From Planctomycetota bacterium (lineage in GTDB: Bacteria > Planctomycetota > UBA1135 > UBA2386), in assembly GCA_050181465.1 (NCBI GenBank), contig JBFXDD010000005.1, positions 22,673 to 86,672 of the forward strand: a stretch of 64,000 nt of DNA, given 5' to 3'. This document shows, piece after piece, positions 28,759 to 40,075 of this stretch (position 1 is the stretch's first letter; each line of letters starts with the position of its first letter). Below the pieces are notes generated by a model, which was given only the letters and a program-made list of their open reading frames with translations, was not told the DNA's origin and searched no databases. Both the position numbers and the translations under genes were made by a program.

Positions 28759-29310
28759 TCAGGCGTCGCTTTCGGAAACGAGTTCGACGTTCTTGCCGCC
28801 GACCTCGCCGAGGAACTGGAGAGTGCGCTGACGATCGAACTTCGGATCGGTCGCAGAGATGGAAAGGAAGAAACGATCGTCAGTCACCCGATGAATCGTC
28901 GAGTGATTGAAGATCGGGTGGTTCAGACGGGGCAGCCGGTTCAGGGCGAACATGCCGAAGACCGCCGTCAGCGCACTGAACAACACCATCAGTTCGAAGG
29001 TGATCGGAATCGTCGACGGCCAAGCGTAGGGCTCCTTGCCGCTCACCCAGATCGGGTAGTCGACGGCGTTCATCCACCACATCATGACCTGAGCCACGGT
29101 GATGCCGAGCGCACCCGCGCAGATCACGAACCAGCCGAGGTGGCTCGGCCCCTGCTTGAGGGCGGCATCCATTCCGTGGATCGGGAATGGCGTGTGCGAA
29201 TCCACCTGCAGGTAACCGGCAGCGGTCACCTTCTTCGCGGCCTGATAGACCGCACCAGGCGTTTCGAACTCGGCGACAGCGCCCCAGACGTTCTTGCTGG
29301 TCTCAGTCAT
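28759..29310 (-). CDS. actD: Alternative complex III subunit D (DUF3341)
   Basis: AEF, TPFPIHG, GK, PITFEL.VLF, D.FF. Confidence 0.92.
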   Translation of the reverse strand: MTETSKNVWGAVAEFETPGAVYQAAKKVTAAGYLQVDSHTPFPIHGMDAALKQGPSHLGWFVICAGALGITVAQVMMWWMNAVDYPIWVSGKEPYAWPSTIPITFELMVLFSALTAVFGMFALNRLPRLNHPIFNHSTIHRVTDDRFFLSISATDPKFDRQRTLQFLGEVGGKNVELVSESDA

Positions 29311-29312
29311 GC

Positions 29313-30737
29313 TCAGGCTCCCACTGCGGCGTGTGCATGGTGGTGATCACCGTGATGCGGATCCGCTTGCGGCATCACGTTCTTGACTTCGCTGATCGCG
29401 ATCACCGGCAGGAATCGCGTGAACAGCAGGAACATCGTGAAGAAGAGTCCGAAGCTGCCCAGGTAGGTCAGAACGTCCACGATCGTTGGCGAGAAGTAAC
29501 CCCAGCTCGAGGGCAGGAAGTCACGATGCAGCGAAGTGACGGTGATCACGAATCGCTCGAACCACATTCCGATGTTGACGAAGATCGACACGATGAACAG
29601 CACCGTCGGGTTGCGGCGGAAGCTGCGGATCCAGAACAACTGCGGACTGATCACGTTGCACGAGATCATGATCCAGTAGGCCCACCAGTAGGGACCGAAG
29701 GCACGATTGATGAACGCGAAGCCTTCGTATTCGGACTGGCTGTACCACGCGATGAAGAACTCCATCCCGTACGCGTAGCCGACCATCGTTCCGGTCAGGA
29801 GGAGGATCTTCGCGATGTTGTCGAGGTGGTTCAGCGTGATCAGGCTGTGCAACCCGAGCCACTTGCGAGCCGGGATCATCAGCGTCAGCACCATGCCGAA
29901 GCCGGAGAAGATCGCTCCCGCGACGAAGTAGGGTGGGAAGATCGTCGTGTGCCAACCGGGGAGGAGTGACACTGCGAAGTCGAAGGAGACGATCGAGTGC
30001 ACGGAGAGCACCAGCGGCGTGCTCAAGCCGGCGAGGATCAAGTAGGCCTTCTCGTAGTTGATCCAGTGGCGATTACTACCGTGCCAACCGAACGCGAAGA
30101 CGCCGTAGATGCGCGCAGCGAGCTTCCGGCCTTGCTTCCACGCCCGATCGCGGAAGGTCGCGAGATCGGGGATGAGGCCGACGAACCAGAAGAGCGCCGA
30201 GACGGTGAAGTAGGTGCTCACCGCAAAGACGTCCCAAAGGAGCGGGCTCTTGAAGTTCGGCCACATCGCCATCTGGTTGGGCACCGGGAAGACCCAGTAG
30301 ATGACCCAGATTCGTCCGACGTGGATGGCGGGGAAGATCCCCGCGGCCATGACCGCGAAGATCGTCATGGCTTCGGAGGCGCGATTGATCGAAGTTCGCC
30401 ACTTCTGTCGGAAGAGACAGAGGATGGCGGAGATCAGGGTGCCGGCGTGGCCGATGCCGATCCAGAAGACGAAGTTGACGATAGGCCAACCCCAACCGAC
30501 CGGCACGTTGTTGCCCCAGACACCAACCCCGGTGAAGACCAGATAGCCGATCATGGCACCGAGGTTCATCAGCACCATGATGCTGATGCCAAGCCCGATG
30601 TACCAGGCGCGGGAGACCTTGCCCTCGGCAGGTGCGGCGACCAGCGCCGTCACGTCGGCAAAACTCTTGTTGCCCTCGACGAGCGGGGCGCGAACCAGGG
30701 GATTCTCGGGTTCGTCGATGACGGTGAGTGTTGTCAC
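29313..30737 (-). CDS. actC: Alternative complex III quinol-binding subunit (NrfD family)
   Basis: [66 protein letters not shown]. Confidence 0.95.
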   Translation of the reverse strand: MTTLTVIDEPENPLVRAPLVEGNKSFADVTALVAAPAEGKVSRAWYIGLGISIMVLMNLGAMIGYLVFTGVGVWGNNVPVGWGWPIVNFVFWIGIGHAGTLISAILCLFRQKWRTSINRASEAMTIFAVMAAGIFPAIHVGRIWVIYWVFPVPNQMAMWPNFKSPLLWDVFAVSTYFTVSALFWFVGLIPDLATFRDRAWKQGRKLAARIYGVFAFGWHGSNRHWINYEKAYLILAGLSTPLVLSVHSIVSFDFAVSLLPGWHTTIFPPYFVAGAIFSGFGMVLTLMIPARKWLGLHSLITLNHLDNIAKILLLTGTMVGYAYGMEFFIAWYSQSEYEGFAFINRAFGPYWWAYWIMISCNVISPQLFWIRSFRRNPTVLFIVSIFVNIGMWFERFVITVTSLHRDFLPSSWGYFSPTIVDVLTYLGSFGLFFTMFLLFTRFLPVIAISEVKNVMPQADPHHGDHHHAHAAVGA

Positions 30738-30739
30738 GG

Positions 30740-33700
30740 TCAGGCGTTCTCCGTCTTCGTGTTGCGGATCTTCGCGAGGTAGGTGGTTCGCGGTTTCACG
30801 TTCAGCTCGGAAAGCATGGCGTAGTTCAAGTCGCTACTGCTGAGCTTGGCGACAGCGCTGTCGGGATCGTTCAGATCGCCGAAGGTGATCGCCTCCGCCG
30901 GACAAACCTGCTGGCAAGCAGTGCGAACATCGACCAGATCACGGAGCTTGCGCCCCTCGGACTTGGCCTTGAACTTGCCGGAGTTGATCCGCTGCACGCA
31001 GTAGGTGCACTTCTCCATGACGCCGCGAGCTCGCACCGTCACTTCCGGGTTGAACTGCAGCTTACGTTCCGGTGAGTGGTCCTTGTTGAAGTTGAACCAG
31101 TTGAAGCGCCGGACCTTGTAGGGGCAGTTGTTGCTGCAGTAGCGAGTGCCGATGCAGCGGTTGTAGACCATGTCGTTGAGCCCCTCCGGTGAGTGCACGG
31201 TCGCGGCGACCGGACACACGCTCTCGCACGGTGCGTTCTCGCACTGCATGCAGGGGACCATCTGGTAGACGACACGGGGCTCGTCGCTCGGTTCGTGGAT
31301 CGTGAGGAGTCCGCTCTTCTTCTCCACGCCCTCGAAGTACCGGTCGATACGGTTCCAGAACATCTCGCGATTCGTCGCGACCTGCTCCTTACCGACCATC
31401 GGGATGTTGTTCTCCGCCACGCAAGCCGTGACGCACGCACCACAGCCCGTGCAAGAGCTGAGGTCGATGACCATTCCCCACCGGTAACCGGTGCTGTAGT
31501 CGCGCTCGGTCCAAAGCGACTTGAGGACGTCCTTCTCCTCGTGGCCGTGAAGCTTCGCCACCTTGGCGAGCGGCGAGTCGTCCACGGCCTTCCAATCGGA
31601 GCCCTTGAACTGATCGAGAGATTTCTCGCGCACCAACGCGCGTCCCTCCATCGTTCCGTGCTCTTGGGTGACCACCAGTTCGTAGGTGCGACCCGTCCGC
31701 TCCGCGCGCGCACCGCGAGCCGTCCAGAGCGCGTTGCTCGGACGAAGCGGGAACACATCGAAGCCGCGGCCTCGAGCGACTTCGCAATGGGCGTCGAGGC
31801 GTCGGCCGTAGCCGAACGTCAAAGTCACGCAGTAGTCGGCATGCCCCGGCTGAATCCAGATCGGTCCCTCGACGTTGCGCCCGTCGAGCGTGAGCTTCAC
31901 GACGTCACCGTTCGAGACGCCCAACTCTTCGGCGGTCTTGCGACTGGTGAACACCGCGTTGTCCCAGGTCATCCGCTCGATCGCGGATGGGACCTCTTGT
32001 TGCCACGCGTTGTTCGAGTAGCGACCGTCCCAGATCTTGGAGCAAGGACGGAACACGACTTCGAGCGAGTCCTTGGAGGGGGACGCTGGGGTCGAGTAGC
32101 CGTCGAGTGCTGAGCGAACCGCCAACAAGTCGATGCTGACGCCGACATCGACACCGCGACCGGCAACGACTCCGTCGTGCAGAGACTTGCGCCAGAAGCT
32201 CTCGAAGTCAGAGCTGGCACGCCGTTCGCGCCAATTCTCACGAACGATCTCGTAAGCCTCTCGATTGTCGCCGAGCAACGCGGCCAGCATCTCGATCGGT
32301 GAGCGTGTGGCTTCGTGCAACGGGGCGATCAGGGGCTGGATCACGCTGTGAGTGCCGTCCCACGCCGACGCGTCGCCCCACTGCTCCAACTCATGAGACA
32401 TGGGGATGTGCCAGGACGATGCCTGAGCGGTCTCGTCGAACCACAGCCCGCTGTGAATGGTGTGCGGAATCTTGGCGTAGGCGTCCGAGAATCCGAAGTC
32501 CGCGGGCGCATCGTAAACGGGATTGGTGCCCAGACAGATCAGAGTGTCGACCTGACCACTCTTCATCGCGGCCGCAAGCTCGGCGAGGTCACCGAAGGTG
32601 GATCGCCGTTCGACGCCCTCCGCGGCTTCGATGGCGCTCATCGCCTTGGTTGCGCCGATGGATCCGAGATGGCTGTTGATGGCCCATGCGATGGCATGTG
32701 CGACCAGTGGCTGACGAGGACCAACGATCACGAGGCCGCGAGGGCCAGCCGCGGAGAGATCCGCAGCCAGGCTCTCGATCCACTTGCCGGTGCCGTCCGC
32801 AGCGAAGAGCGGAGCGGTGAACCGCGCGAGCGGCTGGTTCATCGACGGCCCGCCGACGTTCAACTTGGCCGCCAGCGCCAACAGCGAGGCGGTGACGTCA
32901 CCCGACGCCATGCGGCGCCGATGGTCCGCGTTGCTCCCGGTGAGCGTGTGGGTCGCCTCCGCGGCGTACAGGCGGGACACCTGACCGTCCCTCGAGGCGA
33001 TCTTTCGACTCTTGGCCCAGGACCGAACCCACCCCAGAGAAGGGGCATCCGTGCCGAGGAAATCGCTGTCGAAGCTGGCGACTACGTCAGCCTTCGTGAA
33101 ATCGAACTGCGGCAGGACCGCCTTCCCCGTGACTGCTCGCGAGGCCTCCACCAAGGTCTCACTCGCAGTCGCCGAGTAGCGGTGGAAGCGCATCTTGGGC
33201 AGGGTCTGCCGCATCGTCTCCACCAAGCGCAGGAGCGTCGGCGAAGTCGTCGGCGGCATCAGGATGTGGAGCCCCTGTCCCTCCTTGGCGGCCAGAGCCT
33301 GAACATGCTCGCTCCAGAAGCTCTGGAACTTGGCGAAGTCGGGTCCAACCTGAGCAGCCCCGCCGTGGGCGGTCGCGTGACCGTCGGGAGCGTGGTCAGG
33401 AGCAGCCTGTCCACGCTGGTGCACATGCTTGCTGCGGCCTGGGTCGTAGAGATTCAGGATCTCCGCCTGCAGCATGCTGTCGGTTCCGCCCAGTGAAGAC
33501 GGATGAAGCGGGTTGCCCTCGATCTTCGTGGGGCGCCCGTCGTTGCTCCGCACCAGCACGCCAAAGGCAAAACCATCCCTGGTCAAGCTCGTCGCGTATT
33601 CGCGCGGCAAGCCGGGGATCATGCCATCGGGACGCTTGTTGAAGGGCAAGATCTCGCGGGCCGGCTTGCGGCAGCTCGTCATGCCGGCGAGTGCCACCGA

Positions 33701-33895
33701 AGCGGCCACGACACCCAAGAACTTGCGCCGCGAAACGTCATCGAGAACCCCGGAGTGCTCGGAGACACCTTCCGGGAATTCGCGTGCCAGGATTTCCTGG
33801 AATCGCTCGGTGTTGGCGAGCTGATCGACGCTGCGCCAGTAAATCTTCTCGTCAGCGCCACCATCGGCGCCGGTGCGGATCTCCAGGTCGGTCAT
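30740..33895 (-). CDS. actB: Alternative complex III subunit B (Tat; molybdopterin-oxidoreductase-like domain plus Fe-S domain)
   Basis: YWRS, SRRKFL Tat motif, [54 protein letters not shown]; ATG overlaps actA stop (ATGA). Confidence 0.95.
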   Translation of the reverse strand: MTDLEIRTGADGGADEKIYWRSVDQLANTERFQEILAREFPEGVSEHSGVLDDVSRRKFLGVVAASVALAGMTSCRKPAREILPFNKRPDGMIPGLPREYATSLTRDGFAFGVLVRSNDGRPTKIEGNPLHPSSLGGTDSMLQAEILNLYDPGRSKHVHQRGQAAPDHAPDGHATAHGGAAQVGPDFAKFQSFWSEHVQALAAKEGQGLHILMPPTTSPTLLRLVETMRQTLPKMRFHRYSATASETLVEASRAVTGKAVLPQFDFTKADVVASFDSDFLGTDAPSLGWVRSWAKSRKIASRDGQVSRLYAAEATHTLTGSNADHRRRMASGDVTASLLALAAKLNVGGPSMNQPLARFTAPLFAADGTGKWIESLAADLSAAGPRGLVIVGPRQPLVAHAIAWAINSHLGSIGATKAMSAIEAAEGVERRSTFGDLAELAAAMKSGQVDTLICLGTNPVYDAPADFGFSDAYAKIPHTIHSGLWFDETAQASSWHIPMSHELEQWGDASAWDGTHSVIQPLIAPLHEATRSPIEMLAALLGDNREAYEIVRENWRERRASSDFESFWRKSLHDGVVAGRGVDVGVSIDLLAVRSALDGYSTPASPSKDSLEVVFRPCSKIWDGRYSNNAWQQEVPSAIERMTWDNAVFTSRKTAEELGVSNGDVVKLTLDGRNVEGPIWIQPGHADYCVTLTFGYGRRLDAHCEVARGRGFDVFPLRPSNALWTARGARAERTGRTYELVVTQEHGTMEGRALVREKSLDQFKGSDWKAVDDSPLAKVAKLHGHEEKDVLKSLWTERDYSTGYRWGMVIDLSSCTGCGACVTACVAENNIPMVGKEQVATNREMFWNRIDRYFEGVEKKSGLLTIHEPSDEPRVVYQMVPCMQCENAPCESVCPVAATVHSPEGLNDMVYNRCIGTRYCSNNCPYKVRRFNWFNFNKDHSPERKLQFNPEVTVRARGVMEKCTYCVQRINSGKFKAKSEGRKLRDLVDVRTACQQVCPAEAITFGDLNDPDSAVAKLSSSDLNYAMLSELNVKPRTTYLAKIRNTKTENA

Positions 33896-34533
33896 CGGTG
33901 GCACGCGGAGCAGTGGGTCGGCGGGTTGATCTTCTTCTCGTTGACAAGGCGCTGCGCGAGCGCCAAGTCGTGCTCGAATTCCATGTCGGTGACGCGGTCG
34001 GTCGGTCGAACCGCCTGCGCGGGATTACGGTGACAGTCGAGGCACCACCCCATGCTCAGCGGCTCCACTTGACGCACTTCCGCCATCTGATCGATGCGGC
34101 CGTGGCAGCTCACGCAGCCGACGCCGGCCTGGACGTGCGCAGCGTGGTTGAAGAAGGCGTAATCCGGCAGCAGATGAACCTTCTTCCAGCGAACCGGAAG
34201 GCCGCTTTCGTGGGCGGCCTTCAGGGCTTTGATCTGGTCGCTGACGTCTGCCAAGACCGTCTTGTGGCAGTTCATGCAGACTTCGGTCGACGGCACGTTC
34301 GCATGCGGGCCCTCCTCGACGCTGGTGTGGCAGTACCGGCAGTCCATCCCCATCAGTCCCGCGTGCAGCTTGTGGCTGTAGTCGATGGGCTGGGACGGCG
34401 AGTAGCCGACGTCGGTGTATTTCGGAGATCCGAAATACCAGACGAGCAGGGTCACGAACGCACCACCACAGACGACCGCGGCCGCGATCATCGTGGGGAG
34501 CTTGTTGGTCCACTTGGGGAAGTTGACGGTCAA
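33892..34533 (-). CDS. actA: Alternative complex III pentaheme cytochrome c
   Basis: N-terminal TM; QPI.YSH..HAG; five CxxCH (CRYCH, CMNCH, CVSCH, CLDCH, CSACH); TTG start uncertain. Confidence 0.93.
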   Translation of the reverse strand: MTVNFPKWTNKLPTMIAAAVVCGGAFVTLLVWYFGSPKYTDVGYSPSQPIDYSHKLHAGLMGMDCRYCHTSVEEGPHANVPSTEVCMNCHKTVLADVSDQIKALKAAHESGLPVRWKKVHLLPDYAFFNHAAHVQAGVGCVSCHGRIDQMAEVRQVEPLSMGWCLDCHRNPAQAVRPTDRVTDMEFEHDLALAQRLVNEKKINPPTHCSACHR

Positions 34534-34655
34534 GGCTCGGGCCTCTCTCTGCGCACGGGTACACCCCTTCCGAGCTGCGCGGCTTCACCGGCTGGTCATG
34601 CGGCGTCGGTCAGGACGAGGCATGGCGTCGAGCGAAACCAAGCCGGGAAGGAGCC

Positions 34656-34680
34656 TAAGTCCTTGCAGCTCAAGGAGCTA
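34656..34680. promoter_or_regulatory. 25-bp imperfect palindrome upstream of the act-cox operon
   Basis: TAAGTCCTTG-CAGCT-CAAGGAGCTA. Confidence 0.45.
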
Positions 34681-34786
34681 CGCAGACAGAACCGGGGCAC
34701 GTCCCAGGCACGGAGGGGGGTGGAATGCCTACAAGATCGCGCCCCCTGGGTCAATTTCAGACGCCGCGGAAAATCCGAGGCCTTGC

Positions 34787-36232
34787 TCAGCGCGGGCCGA
34801 GCACGAGCTTCAAGAAGTCCGTAAGTGGCGGAGCGGCAATGGCTTGCGCTCGTTCGTTGCCGTGGTAGTCCGCTGGGGAAACCCAGAGTTCGGAGGTGAG
34901 CGCGACTTTGCCGCGAAAGGTCGGCAGCAAGTCGAGGAAAGGGATGCCGTGCTCGCCGCAGTAGTCACCCACCATCCGATGGAGACGCTCGAAAGGGTAG
35001 TGCTCGGACTCCCCCAAGCCCTGGAAGTAGGGCCAGATCACGACCCCAAAGCCCAGCTTCCGTTCCGCACACCAGTCGCGAGCACGGAGCAAGGCCCGCT
35101 GCGGGCCGCCGCCGGGCCACAGCGTCGCACGCCCGACCGAGTAGGGCGGCTCGGGCCGGGCGAACAGCGGGTAAAATATCTCATCGAGGGCGAGCAGCTC
35201 CCCCACCAGGTCGCGTGAGGGATCGATGCGAAGGGCGGATTCGAGGGCGTAGCGCTGGAACAGGGACCGCAGCAGCCGCGACTTTCTCAGGAGCCAGGGC
35301 GAACCCTCCTGGTGGGCGAGGGAATGCGAACTGGGGATCAGGTCGTTCAGGCAGAGCGTGATCACGACCGCATCGGGGCTCAACCGATGGAGCCGGTGCT
35401 CGAGCGCTCGGACATACTCGTCGACGTACATCGAGCCGGACGCCCCACAGTTGACCGTTCGAACTTGGTCATCCCCCTTGCGGAGCTCTCGCTCCACGAG
35501 TTGCGTCCAGCAGTCCTCGAACTTCACGCCCCAGCCGAAGGTGAAGGAGTCGCCAAGGCAGAGGATGCGACGCTGGCCGGGCGGCTTCGGCTGGGCAACC
35601 TCTTCCCGATCACGAATCGCCGCGCTGTTCATCCGATTCTCGACGCACCCCATCGAATCGAAGTAGGCAGCGCGGTCCGTTCCCTCGAATCCCGTGTAGC
35701 AGATGTACCAGGTTCGATTGGGAGCGAAGCACGGTCTCTCCCGCAGGCCCGCCAGCTCGAGAGTCTTCTCGACCTGCTCGGGGATGAGTCTCCGATCTAG
35801 CCGGATTCCCTGGTCGCCGTCGAGCTCCACCGGCCAGTAGAACCCGTCGTTCTTCCCGGTTCCCCGCAGCACCACCCGCTCGCCGAGGCCGTTGTTCTGG
35901 CTCGCGATGGCCGGTTTCCCGAGCAGCCGCGAGTCCCTGAAGCGAATCCAACCATCCGCGGTGAGATCGGCGGAAGCCCCCGTTGCGAAGGGACGGATCG
36001 GCACCATCTCTTCGGGGTCGACCAACTGGGTGTAACCCCGCTGACCGGCATCGGCGACCGACATCGGCTTGCGATCGGCGTCCTGATAGGTGAGCGCGAA
36101 ACGGACGTGCAGGTTCGACTCGTCAGCCTGCCCTTGCACCCAGCGGGCGACCAGCTCGGCGAAGAGCAGGGCGATCACCAGTGACACCACTGCCACGAGG
36201 ACGCGCAGACCGAACCTTGGCTTGGACTTCAC
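34787..36232 (-). CDS. Membrane-anchored SGNH/GDSL hydrolase-family protein
   Basis: N-terminal TM ending AELVAR; LGDSFTFG, VNCGASG, LCLND, DYHGN; GTG 36232 chosen, start uncertain. Confidence 0.85.
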   Translation of the reverse strand: MKSKPRFGLRVLVAVVSLVIALLFAELVARWVQGQADESNLHVRFALTYQDADRKPMSVADAGQRGYTQLVDPEEMVPIRPFATGASADLTADGWIRFRDSRLLGKPAIASQNNGLGERVVLRGTGKNDGFYWPVELDGDQGIRLDRRLIPEQVEKTLELAGLRERPCFAPNRTWYICYTGFEGTDRAAYFDSMGCVENRMNSAAIRDREEVAQPKPPGQRRILCLGDSFTFGWGVKFEDCWTQLVERELRKGDDQVRTVNCGASGSMYVDEYVRALEHRLHRLSPDAVVITLCLNDLIPSSHSLAHQEGSPWLLRKSRLLRSLFQRYALESALRIDPSRDLVGELLALDEIFYPLFARPEPPYSVGRATLWPGGGPQRALLRARDWCAERKLGFGVVIWPYFQGLGESEHYPFERLHRMVGDYCGEHGIPFLDLLPTFRGKVALTSELWVSPADYHGNERAQAIAAPPLTDFLKLVLGPR

Positions 36233-36457
36233 GATGCAAGGAGCATACGGCGTGGACGATCCATCGCGCGCCCTCGGCCGCACGAGCACGCCGTGAGACC
36301 GCCGCGCCGAACCGGTCCCAACGTCGCTGCCATCGGCGTGACGAAGGTCCCGAAGGGACTCCTCGACGGTTTCCGCGGACATCCCTTCGGGATGGCCCTA
36401 TCTTTCTCCACCCCGCAACTGGGGGCCACGGCTCACCGTGGCCGATGAACTCGAACC

Positions 36458-38296
36458 ATGTCGACCTACATCCTAGGAATCTCTGCCTTCTACCACGACT
36501 CGGCGGCTGCGCTGCTGCGGGATGGTGAGATCGTAGCCGCGGCGCAGGAGGAGCGGTTCACGCGAAAGAAGCACGACCCGGACTTCCCCGCCAACGCGGT
36601 CAGGCACTGCCTGGAGACCGCGGGGATCGAGGCCGGCGACATCGACTATGTCTCATTCTATGACAAGCCCTTGCTCAAGTTCGATCGGCTCATGGAGACC
36701 TACCTCTCCTATGCGCCGCGGGGCTTCTCGTCGTTCATGAAGTTCCTGCCGACCTGGCTCGGCGACAAGCTGCACATCCCACGCATCCTCACCCGCGGAC
36801 TCGGTGCGAAGCCGAAGCGTCCGTTCGTATTCCCCGAGCATCACGAGAGCCATGCGGCGAGCGCGTTCTACCCCTCGCCATTCGAAGAGGCTGCGGTCGT
36901 CACGATGGACGGCGTCGGCGAGTGGGCAACGACGAGCATCGGTGTCGGCGAGAGCAACCGCCTGCGACTGACTCACGAGATTCGCTTCCCCCACTCACTG
37001 GGTCTCCTCTACTCCGCGTTCACCTACTACTGCGGATTCAAGGTCAACTCCGGAGAGTACAAGCTGATGGGCCTCGCGCCCTACGGTGAGCCCAAGTATG
37101 TCGACAAGATCATCAACCACCTGATCGATCTGCGCGAGGACGGCAGCTACCGCATGGACATGCGCTACTTCCAGTACGCGCAGGGTCTGCGCATGACCAA
37201 CCAGCGATTCCACGAACTGTTCGGGCGGCCGAACCGAGCTTCGGAGACGCAGCTCGACCAGTTCTACATGGATGTTGCCGCCTCCGTGCAGAAGGTGACC
37301 GAGGAGGTGATGCTTCGAACGGTTCGATTCGCCCACAAGGTCACCGGGAAGAAGAATCTGTGCTTGGCCGGCGGCGTCGCGCTGAACTGTGTCGGCAACG
37401 GCAAGGTGCTACGGGACGGTCCGTTCGAGAGAATCTGGGTCCAACCGGCGGCGGGCGACGCCGGCGGCGCCTTGGGAGCAGCCTACATGGTGTGGCACCA
37501 CCTGCTGGAGAAGCCGCGGAAGGTGGTCGTCGAAACGGACTCGCAGCAAGCGAGTCTGCTCGGTCCGTCGTACTCGAGAGACGAGGTGCTCGCGGCCCTG
37601 AAAGAGAAGGGAGCCGTGTATCACGAGTTCACCGAGGAGGATCAACTCTGTGAGCGTGTGGCCGAGCTGATCGCCACCGAGAACGTGATCGGTTGGTTCC
37701 AAGGGCGAATGGAGTTCGGTCCCCGGGCACTCGGCGCACGCAGCATCATCGGCGATGCACGATCCCCGAAGATGCAGAGCGTCATGAACTTGAAGATCAA
37801 GTTCCGCGAGTCCTTCCGACCGTTCGCACCCATCGTGCTCCGAGAACGAGCCCACGACTACTTCGACATCCGTCCCGATCAAGACAGTCCCTACATGCTC
37901 GTCGTGGCTCCGGTCCGCGAAGACCGCCGCAAGCCGGTCGAACCAGGCAAGTTCGGAATCGACAAGCTCAACCAACTCCGATCCGACGTGCCTGCGATCA
38001 CTCACGTCGACTACTCGGCCCGCCTGCAAACCGTCGACGAACGACGCAATCCGCGACTCGCCAAGCTGATGCGAGCCTTCGAACGAAGGACGAAGACTCC
38101 GATCCTCATCAACACGAGTTTCAACGTCCGGGGTGAACCCATCGTCTGCACGCCGGCGGATGCGATTCGCTGCTTCCTGGGTACGGACATGGACGTCCTG
38201 GTGGTCGAGAACTTCGTCCTACTGCGAAGCGAGCAGCCGGAGCACCTGAAGCAGGTCGACAGGGAGAAGTACCTCTCCGCCTTCGCTCTCGACTGA
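36458..38296 (+). CDS. O-carbamoyltransferase (NodU/CmcH/SxtI family)
   Basis: GISAFYHDSAA, EERF.R.KH, HHESHAASAF, EYKLMGLAPYG, AGGVALN, EFGPRALG.RS, K.RESFRPFAP, H.D.SAR.Q, NTSFN. Confidence 0.95.
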   Translation: MSTYILGISAFYHDSAAALLRDGEIVAAAQEERFTRKKHDPDFPANAVRHCLETAGIEAGDIDYVSFYDKPLLKFDRLMETYLSYAPRGFSSFMKFLPTWLGDKLHIPRILTRGLGAKPKRPFVFPEHHESHAASAFYPSPFEEAAVVTMDGVGEWATTSIGVGESNRLRLTHEIRFPHSLGLLYSAFTYYCGFKVNSGEYKLMGLAPYGEPKYVDKIINHLIDLREDGSYRMDMRYFQYAQGLRMTNQRFHELFGRPNRASETQLDQFYMDVAASVQKVTEEVMLRTVRFAHKVTGKKNLCLAGGVALNCVGNGKVLRDGPFERIWVQPAAGDAGGALGAAYMVWHHLLEKPRKVVVETDSQQASLLGPSYSRDEVLAALKEKGAVYHEFTEEDQLCERVAELIATENVIGWFQGRMEFGPRALGARSIIGDARSPKMQSVMNLKIKFRESFRPFAPIVLRERAHDYFDIRPDQDSPYMLVVAPVREDRRKPVEPGKFGIDKLNQLRSDVPAITHVDYSARLQTVDERRNPRLAKLMRAFERRTKTPILINTSFNVRGEPIVCTPADAIRCFLGTDMDVLVVENFVLLRSEQPEHLKQVDREKYLSAFALD

Positions 38297-38314
38297 GCCA
38301 GAAAGGAACAACTC

Positions 38315-38728
38315 ATGATCAAGTTCAATCTCGATCCGCCCGCTCGTCAGCTTCGGGAGTTCGGCTGGTTCTCCCTCTTCGGTTTCCCGCTCGTCGCCGG
38401 CCTCTTGCGCTGGAGGTTCACGATCCCGGATTGGCTGTTCTACGGCTTGATCGGTCTGGGAGTCCTGTGCTTCGTGCTGTCGCAGATCGACGCAAAGCTC
38501 GTGAAGCCGGTGTTCGTGGGACTGATGCTGGTCGCCACCCCCATCGGGTTCGTGATCTCGATGGTGCTGATGCTCGTCATCTATTTTGGACTCTTCATGC
38601 CGGTCGGACTGCTCTTCCGGCTCCTTGGCAAGGATCCTCTGGCGAAGTATCCGAATCCGAAGTTGACGAGCTACTGGCACGTGCGGACCACGCCGCCGAG
38701 CAAGGCGCGCTACCTCAAGCTATACTGA
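38315..38728 (+). CDS. SxtJ-family membrane protein
   Basis: QLREFG, hydrophobic helices, P.G...RLLGKDPL, SYW; follows the carbamoyltransferase. Confidence 0.85.
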   Translation: MIKFNLDPPARQLREFGWFSLFGFPLVAGLLRWRFTIPDWLFYGLIGLGVLCFVLSQIDAKLVKPVFVGLMLVATPIGFVISMVLMLVIYFGLFMPVGLLFRLLGKDPLAKYPNPKLTSYWHVRTTPPSKARYLKLY

Positions 38729-38779
38729 GCACGGTACCTCGTCGGTCCCTCGTCGACTTCCTCACCTCGTAGACCAGAC

Positions 38780-38977
38780 ATGACAACTCCCCAGAACGAC
38801 AACTTCGAGCAGATCGCGACCGGCAGCAACAAGGGCGTGATCGGAGAGTTCCTCGGCTTCATGAAGGATGAAGCCAAGTGGTGGCTGATTCCGTTCCTCG
38901 TGGTGTTCCTGCTTCTGGCAGGCATCCTGGCGTTGGGAGCGACCGGCGCGGCGCCGTTCCTCTACACGTTGTTCTGA
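38780..38977 (+). CDS. SxtK/DUF5989-family small membrane protein
   Basis: EFLGFM...KWWLIP...APFLYTLF. Confidence 0.88.
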   Translation: MTTPQNDNFEQIATGSNKGVIGEFLGFMKDEAKWWLIPFLVVFLLLAGILALGATGAAPFLYTLF

Positions 38978-39177
38978 GACGTTCGCCGGTGAGGCGACTG
39001 CGAGGCCAGCACGGTTGGCTCGCCGCAGTCGCCTCGCGGGTGCGTCGGGCGCAGAGTCGAGACACTGCATCCGAACGCCTGCACCGTTGAGTCCCTTGGC
39101 GTCGGGGTTTTGGCCAGTTCATCAAGTCGATGCCTGCGATTGTTCGATTCCTCGGCAACGAGAGGAGCAAACGCAGA

Positions 39178-40032
39178 ATGCGCGACCACGGACTCGACAC
39201 CTACCTGACCGAAATCAACGAGGTCGCCTTGTTGACACCGGAGCAGGAAGTCGAACTCGCGTCGAGAATCCAGCGCGGCGACATGGCCGCCCGGGAACAC
39301 ATGATCCGGGCGAACCTTCGCCTAGTGGTTTCGATCGCGAAGTTGTACGTCAATCGGGGTCTGTCCTTCATGGACCTCATCGAGGAAGGCAACATCGGCC
39401 TCATGAAGGCTGTGGAGAAGTTCGATCCCGCCGCAGGCTGTCGGTTCTCCACCTACGCAACCTGGTGGATCAAGCAGGGGATCCGCCGTGCCCTGGTGAA
39501 CACGGTGAAGACGGTTCGTGTCCCGTCTTACATGGCCGAGATCGTGGCGAGGTGGAAGGCCATGGCACTCGAACTCACCTACCGCCTCGGCAGGCAGCCG
39601 CTGAGTTCCGAGATCGCTGAAGAACTCGGCATCCCCGAGAGCAACTGGGATGTGGTTCGGGACACGGTCTTGGCGAATTCGCAGCCGACCTTCTCGATGA
39701 ACGAAGATGCGTCCTCGGTCTTCGCAGAGTCGTTGGAGGACCCGAGAGCACTCCCACCAGAAGAGGAGTTGTTCCAGTCCATGGAGATTCAGCGTCTGCG
39801 AGAATTGCTGGGATCCCTCGAAGAACGAGAGCGACGCATCATCCACCTGCGGTACGGCCTGGAAACGGGGACACCGATGACTTTGAAGGCCATCGGTGAG
39901 CGGGTGGGCCTCACTCGCGAACGGGTCCGGCAGATGGAGCAGGATGCCCTTCGAAAACTCTGGCTTCGCATGTCTCGGGAGTTCGGCGACGAGGGGAACG
40001 GTCCACAATCTCGGCAGAAGCTCTCGGGCTGA
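39178..40032 (+). CDS. RNA polymerase sigma70 factor (RpoD/RpoS-like, no region 1.1)
   Basis: YL.EI...[52 protein letters not shown]; AGAGGAG RBS before ATG 39178. Confidence 0.95.
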   Translation: MRDHGLDTYLTEINEVALLTPEQEVELASRIQRGDMAAREHMIRANLRLVVSIAKLYVNRGLSFMDLIEEGNIGLMKAVEKFDPAAGCRFSTYATWWIKQGIRRALVNTVKTVRVPSYMAEIVARWKAMALELTYRLGRQPLSSEIAEELGIPESNWDVVRDTVLANSQPTFSMNEDASSVFAESLEDPRALPPEEELFQSMEIQRLRELLGSLEERERRIIHLRYGLETGTPMTLKAIGERVGLTRERVRQMEQDALRKLWLRMSREFGDEGNGPQSRQKLSG

Positions 40033-40075
40033 CTTCGGATGCGACGTCGGCTTCGACTCGGCATGATGGACTGCC

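Noticed and set aside
30740-33895. Molybdoenzyme such as nitrate or polysulfide reductase
   Set aside because: Context and motifs identify ActB, whose molybdopterin-like domain is cofactor-free in characterised ACIII.
36458-38977. Saxitoxin biosynthesis
   Set aside because: No sxtA, sxtG or other core genes in the window; I/J/K-like genes alone are not diagnostic.
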